Shown here: positions 31,943-36,416 of the stretch, in pieces
How the letters are laid out: each line of letters opens with the position of its first letter
Numbering within the stretch: the stretch's first letter is position 1
DNA from: Clostridia bacterium
GTDB taxonomy: Bacteria > Bacillota > Clostridia > Oscillospirales > Acutalibacteraceae
Direction of reading: 5' to 3'
Length of the DNA stretch: 36,416 nucleotides
Assembly: GCA_044426425.1 (NCBI GenBank)
Contig: JAWXUN010000001.1
Coordinates: 1 to 36,416, forward strand
Program-made: the position numbers and the translations under genes
The notes under the pieces: model-generated
Seen by the model: the letters and a program-made list of their open reading frames with translations, nothing else
Told to the model about the DNA's origin: nothing
Database searches by the model: none

Positions 31943-34406
31943 TTTTACCTTGAGATAATGATTTCTCAAATTTGTCTGATAGTCGAGTTGTCATTAACTT
32001 GTACAGTTCTGTGTCTTGTGGGAAGTGGTCAGCAAACGGAATTATAATATTACCGTATATTAATAAGCCCTCACCTGTACTTGAATTAGTAACGTAAGAT
32101 AATTGGTCACTTGAAATGTTAAGCTGCTTTGCCAGTATTCCTCTGTCACCACCTGCTTGATTTAGTAAATATACAAAGTCTGAATTTTCAAAAATATTTG
32201 AAACTTGTGGAGATAATAAGAAGTCTTTCACGTTTTGTGTTAGTCCAGTTGGTATACCGCCCCATTTTCTAAATCTTTTCCAAATTTCAACGGTATAGTT
32301 TGCTGTTTGCTCTTTGTTAAGAAGTAAATGCATTTCATCAATATAATATCGTGTAGATTTTCGGTTATCTCTGTTTTTTGAAACTCTGCTCCAAATCTGG
32401 TCTTGAACAACTAGCATTCCAAACTCTTTTAGAGCGTTTCCAAGTTCTTTAGTATCGTAACATACTACACGATTATTAATGTCAACATTTGTTCGGTGAT
32501 TGAATACATTTAATGAACCAGTTACATATATTTGCATACATTCAGCTATATGTCTTGATTGTTCAGTTCCATAGTTTAAGATTTTTTGGTACAAATCTTC
32601 TAAAATTGGAATTGGTGTATTTACTGGGTCAGCAATAAACGGCAAATACACTCGTTGTAAACAGAGGTCAATAATAGACCTTTCGTCCGCTTCAACTCGT
32701 CCCATCATAATTTCAAAAAGTGAGAGTATGAAGTCAGACTTTAAAATGAATGGGTCATCGTCAATATCAAGGTTAATATCCATTGGGTTTATATAATGAG
32801 AAGATAGCGGTGATATCCTTATAATCTGTCCGTTAAGTCTTTCTACCAGTTCCGAATATTCGTTCTCTGGGTCAAGAATTGCGATATCGTCATTCGTGAC
32901 GAAAAAGACATTTGTAATTTCACGTTTTGCGGAGAACGATTTACCACTGCCAGGTGTTCCCAAAATCAAGCCGTTTGGAGTTTTTAACAGTTTTCGGTCA
33001 GCCATTATCAAGTTATTAGATAGTGCATTAAGTCCATAGTATAATGCATCATCATGTTTTTGGAATAGTTCGCTCGTAGTAAATGGCATAAAACCTGCTG
33101 AAGCTGTTGTATTAATGCTACGATTGATAGGAACAAGGTTTATACCAAGTGGCAACATAGAAAAAAATCCCTCCTCTTGCATATAATCTAAGCGATACAA
33201 TATGCAAGATTGTTTTTGTGCAAGGGACGTGGCTGTGAAAATCGTGTTATCTAATTTATCTTTTTCTAGGTCTGTGTGCTCTGCTATTAATGTAAAAATA
33301 AACAAACGTTCGTTTCGACTTTGTAAATCTTTTAAAAGAGATTTCATATCATCAATATAACTCATGAGGTCAGCTGATAATATTTCCATATCGTAACCCT
33401 CTGAAACAGCCTTTTTTTGTTGGTCTATTTTGGTTCTTTCAAGGTCTGTTAGTTTGCTTTTTACCATCTTTATAGCTTTTAGGTGGTCTATTGATTTCAT
33501 GTGAATAGATATAGCTTGATTACCATCAATATCTAAAAAATCTGATAAAATTCTGTCAGAAATTTCGGGTGCTAAAACTTGCAAAAAAGACATTGCACCA
33601 TTTCTAGCACCTGTCTTAAAAGTTCTTCCATCAAAATTGAAAGATGATGGAGCAATATAATCTTTTACTGATAAACCTGTCTTTGGTAACCAGTCCCACT
33701 CAAAGTTAAACTTTTCGTTATCTTCCATTCTCAGCATTAAATGCATCAATGCTAGTCGCTCTTTGCCGTTTAAAATTTTGCAACGAACACCAAGCCTTTT
33801 GAAATTGTTTTGTATTTCAACTTCTATACTTTCAAGCCGTGTTTTTGCCTTTTTATAAGAACCTAGCTTAGCACCAAAAGTCAGATACATTGTTTTTTGT
33901 GTGCCGTTATTTCCTCGTGATAGTTGATTTAATAGCATATTTGAGTATTCCTCACGTATGCTATTAAATTCATCATCTTGTTTTTTTAGTTCGACACTTT
34001 CAGCAAAATTATCCTCGTTTTCTGCTAAGTTTAGAAAAGAAAATTGAAAACTTATCTGAGGGTCAAAGTAATTTAAAAAACCGCACCAACCGTCAAAAAT
34101 TGCTGATTTATCATCATTTTCAGCAAGTTGATAAGTAATATCCTCAAAAACAATAGTTTTTGAAAAAAAATCGTCCTTTACATTGCATATTCCGTCCATA
34201 TACATTTTCTTGAAAGGAATAGACTCTTGAGCCGATTTCTCTTTTGTATTCTTGTTATGTTTTTGCTTTATATCCTTAACTTGCTGTTTTTGTTGCCCTG
34301 TCAACTTTTGCTTGTTTGCCGTTTGTGGTGTTTTTGCTTGTGGTGTTTTTTTGATTTTTGCTTGTAGTTCTGCAAATAACATTCGCAATTTCCCTTTCAT
34401 AATCAT
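31932..34406 (-). CDS. VirB4-family T4SS ATPase
   Basis: N-terminus ...SAQESIPFKKMYMDGICNV..., Walker A LGTPGSGKSF, Walker B RYYIDEMHLL. The exact start is uncertain (ATG 34406, 34400 or 34382). Confidence 0.9.
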   Translation of the reverse strand: MIMKGKLRMLFAELQAKIKKTPQAKTPQTANKQKLTGQQKQQVKDIKQKHNKNTKEKSAQESIPFKKMYMDGICNVKDDFFSKTIVFEDITYQLAENDDKSAIFDGWCGFLNYFDPQISFQFSFLNLAENEDNFAESVELKKQDDEFNSIREEYSNMLLNQLSRGNNGTQKTMYLTFGAKLGSYKKAKTRLESIEVEIQNNFKRLGVRCKILNGKERLALMHLMLRMEDNEKFNFEWDWLPKTGLSVKDYIAPSSFNFDGRTFKTGARNGAMSFLQVLAPEISDRILSDFLDIDGNQAISIHMKSIDHLKAIKMVKSKLTDLERTKIDQQKKAVSEGYDMEILSADLMSYIDDMKSLLKDLQSRNERLFIFTLIAEHTDLEKDKLDNTIFTATSLAQKQSCILYRLDYMQEEGFFSMLPLGINLVPINRSINTTASAGFMPFTTSELFQKHDDALYYGLNALSNNLIMADRKLLKTPNGLILGTPGSGKSFSAKREITNVFFVTNDDIAILDPENEYSELVERLNGQIIRISPLSSHYINPMDINLDIDDDPFILKSDFILSLFEIMMGRVEADERSIIDLCLQRVYLPFIADPVNTPIPILEDLYQKILNYGTEQSRHIAECMQIYVTGSLNVFNHRTNVDINNRVVCYDTKELGNALKEFGMLVVQDQIWSRVSKNRDNRKSTRYYIDEMHLLLNKEQTANYTVEIWKRFRKWGGIPTGLTQNVKDFLLSPQVSNIFENSDFVYLLNQAGGDRGILAKQLNISSDQLSYVTNSSTGEGLLIYGNIIIPFADHFPQDTELYKLMTTRLSDKFEKSLSQGKNDV

Positions 34407-34728
34407 ATTGTTTTTCTAAAAGCAAGTAAAAACTTTGCGATTTATATTTTCTTTGTTTTTTTCTAAAAAACTTTACTGTTATTATTTGCCAAATAACTTT
34501 TTCAAATGTTTGACCATGCTTTTTAAACATAGCCATTAAAAAGCATGGCATCATAATTGCTATCATTGCTAATGTTGCAAAAGACGAATTAATGTCTTTT
34601 AGTAAAAAAAACACAGGTAAGCCAATTAGACCACCTGCCGAAAAACATAATAATTGTCGTTTTGTTAAATTGAAAATAAGTTTACTTTCAATATCATTTA
34701 AGTCTTTTGGAACTGAAACATAAGCCAT
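34276..34728 (-). CDS. PrgI-family (VirB3-like) membrane protein
   Basis: MAYVSVPKDLNDIESKLIFNLTKRQLLCFSAGGLIGLPVFFLL plus a second TM segment. The 3' tail overlaps the VirB4 ORF. Confidence 0.75.
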   Translation of the reverse strand: MAYVSVPKDLNDIESKLIFNLTKRQLLCFSAGGLIGLPVFFLLKDINSSFATLAMIAIMMPCFLMAMFKKHGQTFEKVIWQIITVKFFRKKQRKYKSQSFYLLLEKQYDYEREIANVICRTTSKNQKNTTSKNTTNGKQAKVDRATKTAS

Positions 34729-34741
34729 TTTTCAAACCTCC

Positions 34742-35605
34742 TTAATGTGCTGTCCATATACTTTTACTTATTGAACCTGTTTTGAAAAGCATTACACATA
34801 GCAAAACGCTACACATCATGCACTGCCAAATTGCGTTAAGTACATCGTCAGAACTAACTATTGATGTTAACAAAATAGAGTATATAGCCAAACATATTAT
34901 TATTAGAAAGCCTTGAAAAGCTAGTGCACACATAGCTTTGATATAGTTTTGTCCTAAGTTCCATTCCTTGTTTGTCATTGTCGCAAGTGGAATTGCACCC
35001 ATTGATGTCATTAAATATATCTCTAACATTCTGCTATAAACTACGATAAAGATACAAACGCTTGCTACCATCAGAACAATTTTTTGTAAAAACGCTTGTA
35101 AAAAAACTAGCATTAAAGCACCTGCGTCCATAGTTTCTAATTCTGCTTGTAATGAGTCTAATAATTCTTCGGTAACATTTGTTGTCCCACCTAAAATACC
35201 ACTCGCTTGTGATACAACGCTTTGTGATACATCAAATATTCCTATTATAATAGGAAAAGTGTTTGATACTAGTAAAACAGCCACAAATGTTTTAAAAATC
35301 CATTTAAAAATATCTGATGTTGGTAAATCATTCATGTTGTTTTTTTCAATTACCATGTGAATAAGTTCATAGCACATCACAAAGGTTAATATCATTCCTG
35401 CAATAGGTAAAATAACATTATCGGATATTGTCTTAATCATATTAAATACATCACCATTGAAAGCTTGCGGTGTAAGACCAATTATTGATTGTGCATTGTC
35501 AATCTCTGTGTTAACAGTGGTAAAAACTTCGCCTAAGGTTGACATTATCATAGGAATTAACAATCCAGCAATCCAATCATTAATTGCATCGGTTATCCAA
35601 TCCAT
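34742..35605 (-). CDS. VirB6-like polytopic membrane protein (CD0415/CD1112-type)
   Basis: 287 aa with multiple hydrophobic segments. Position is between Maff2 and PrgI, as in related ICEs. GAGG 8 nt upstream of ATG 35605. Confidence 0.7.
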   Translation of the reverse strand: MDWITDAINDWIAGLLIPMIMSTLGEVFTTVNTEIDNAQSIIGLTPQAFNGDVFNMIKTISDNVILPIAGMILTFVMCYELIHMVIEKNNMNDLPTSDIFKWIFKTFVAVLLVSNTFPIIIGIFDVSQSVVSQASGILGGTTNVTEELLDSLQAELETMDAGALMLVFLQAFLQKIVLMVASVCIFIVVYSRMLEIYLMTSMGAIPLATMTNKEWNLGQNYIKAMCALAFQGFLIIICLAIYSILLTSIVSSDDVLNAIWQCMMCSVLLCVMLFKTGSISKSIWTAH

Positions 35606-35617
35606 AATATACCTCGT

Positions 35618-35836
35618 TTACACGGTGAAAAGCGTTGAAAGTGACGGAACTAAGAGAACTCCAATTAGAGCTATGCCACCGCCTGCCATAAGTTGTTTAA
35701 TACCTTGGGACTTTGCACCTGCGTTGTCATTTCCGTATCCCTCAAGCAAGTTAATAACTCCCCAAAGTCCAAGTCCTGCACCTATTGATATAACCAATGT
35801 TTGTAGTACTCCTACTGCCTCTGCAAAAAAAGTCAT
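35618..35836 (-). CDS. Maff2-family small membrane protein
   Basis: 72 aa. ...GAGLGLWGVINLLEGYGNDNAGAKSQGIKQLMAGGG... is the Maff2 signature. Confidence 0.8.
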   Translation of the reverse strand: MTFFAEAVGVLQTLVISIGAGLGLWGVINLLEGYGNDNAGAKSQGIKQLMAGGGIALIGVLLVPSLSTLFTV

Positions 35837-35941
35837 AATTTTTCTCCTTTATTGTTTGTTAATTTTGATTTTTGTTGATTTTTGATTTAAAATTTTTTGG
35901 ACGTTTACATTATTAAATCATAGACATTCCTCCTTTTTTTA

Positions 35942-36416
35942 TCAACTTGTAGTTATTTCTTCATCACTATCTATAACAAATTCAAAATTTAAAAACTCTT
36001 CGTCTGCTCTAATTTTTTTTGAATTTTGTTTGACATATTCTTCAATATCAAAAGTGTTTTTAACATTAAAATCAGATAAATACTTATAATTCGGGTGTTT
36101 GGTAATATCATATTTATTGCTTAAAAATGGTCGAACACCTCTTAATTGTAAAACACATTTTCCACCATCCATAACAGCCAGTTCGTCCATGCTCATTAAA
36201 TCCTTACCAAGTTTTTGGTAATTTAGCCCATAACTGCGGTTTTGTCCTCGTGTATCAGATGTGTTGTAACTATCAATAGTTTCTTTTCCCATAGTTTCAG
36301 TCAAATCTTTGAGTGTTGTTTTTTCTTTGCCACCTAAAAAAACCATGCTATCGCAGTTGCCAATTATGGTATCAGCATTATCTTTGTATAGTGCTTTTAA
36401 TTGACTTTGAGCCTGT
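35942..36416 (-). CDS. Type IV coupling protein (VirD4/TraG-like), C-terminal fragment (5' end outside window)
   Basis: The frame is open to the window edge: ...ALYKDNADTIIGNCDSMVFLGGKEKTTLKDL...MSMDELAVMDGGKCVLQLRGVRPFLSNKYDITKHPNY, which is typical of a T4CP C-terminus. Confidence 0.85.
   Translation of the reverse strand, partial: QAQSQLKALYKDNADTIIGNCDSMVFLGGKEKTTLKDLTETMGKETIDSYNTSDTRGQNRSYGLNYQKLGKDLMSMDELAVMDGGKCVLQLRGVRPFLSNKYDITKHPNYKYLSDFNVKNTFDIEEYVKQNSKKIRADEEFLNFEFVIDSDEEITTS

Larger units (their letters stand above)
680..36416. mobile_element. Integrative conjugative element (partial; right end beyond window) with serine-recombinase integrase, MobC/relaxase and a Firmicutes-type T4SS
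   Basis: A contiguous, co-oriented set of integrase, relaxase, MobC, T4CP, VirB4, VirB6-like, PrgI, Maff2, CHAP hydrolase, TopB and Toprim genes. It abuts a tRNA gene. The left boundary is approximate, somewhere in 594-695. Confidence 0.85.

Noticed and set aside
35837-35941. T4CP-Maff2 intergenic region with a strong AAAGGAGG followed by a 2-codon mini-ORF (ATG ATT TAA) and three TGATTTTT direct repeats (about 35868-35895).
   Set aside because: The mini-ORF is too short to call and the repeats are simple AT-rich sequence. It could be a leader or reinitiation device, but there is no further support.
1-36416. Search for CRISPR arrays, IS elements/transposase genes, rRNA, riboswitches and antibiotic-resistance genes.
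   Set aside because: I saw no regularly spaced direct repeats, no transposase-like ORFs, no rRNA-like sequence, and no ORF resembling common resistance determinants. Absence was judged by eye only.

Overview
AT-rich window (roughly 30% GC by eye), probably from a gut or anaerobic Firmicutes genome. Nt 1-~680 are chromosomal: the 3' end of a GTP-dependent PEP carboxykinase gene, its terminator, and a tRNA-Leu(GAG) with its own near-consensus promoter. From ~680 to the window end (36416, element continues) everything is on the minus strand. It reads as one integrative conjugative element (ICE) with a familiar Clostridia-type backbone. The order from high to low coordinates is: coupling protein (partial), Maff2, VirB6-like, PrgI, VirB4, CHAP hydrolase, DUF4315-like, DUF4366, topoisomerase III, DUF3991/Toprim, a YodL-domain protein, a 2556-aa polyvalent protein (ArdC-N / MutS-I-like / N6-methyltransferase / SNF2 helicase), MobC, relaxase, an array of small phage-like genes, and a large serine recombinase beside the tRNA. 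Four things stand out. (1) A TnpV-like ORF with its own strong Shine-Dalgarno is nested out of frame inside the polyvalent gene. (2) An uncharacterised two-gene cassette (about 115-125 aa plus about 220 aa) occurs twice, each copy spliced tightly into a conjugation operon. (3) There are two divergent HipA-like kinases: one is a self-contained promoter-to-terminator module with a 92-aa non-HTH partner, the other appears 5'-truncated. (4) One protein fuses sigma region 4, an RNAP alpha-CTD and a zinc ribbon. All family calls rest on motif recognition from memory. No database search or statistics were run, and start codons were chosen by hand from SD spacing.
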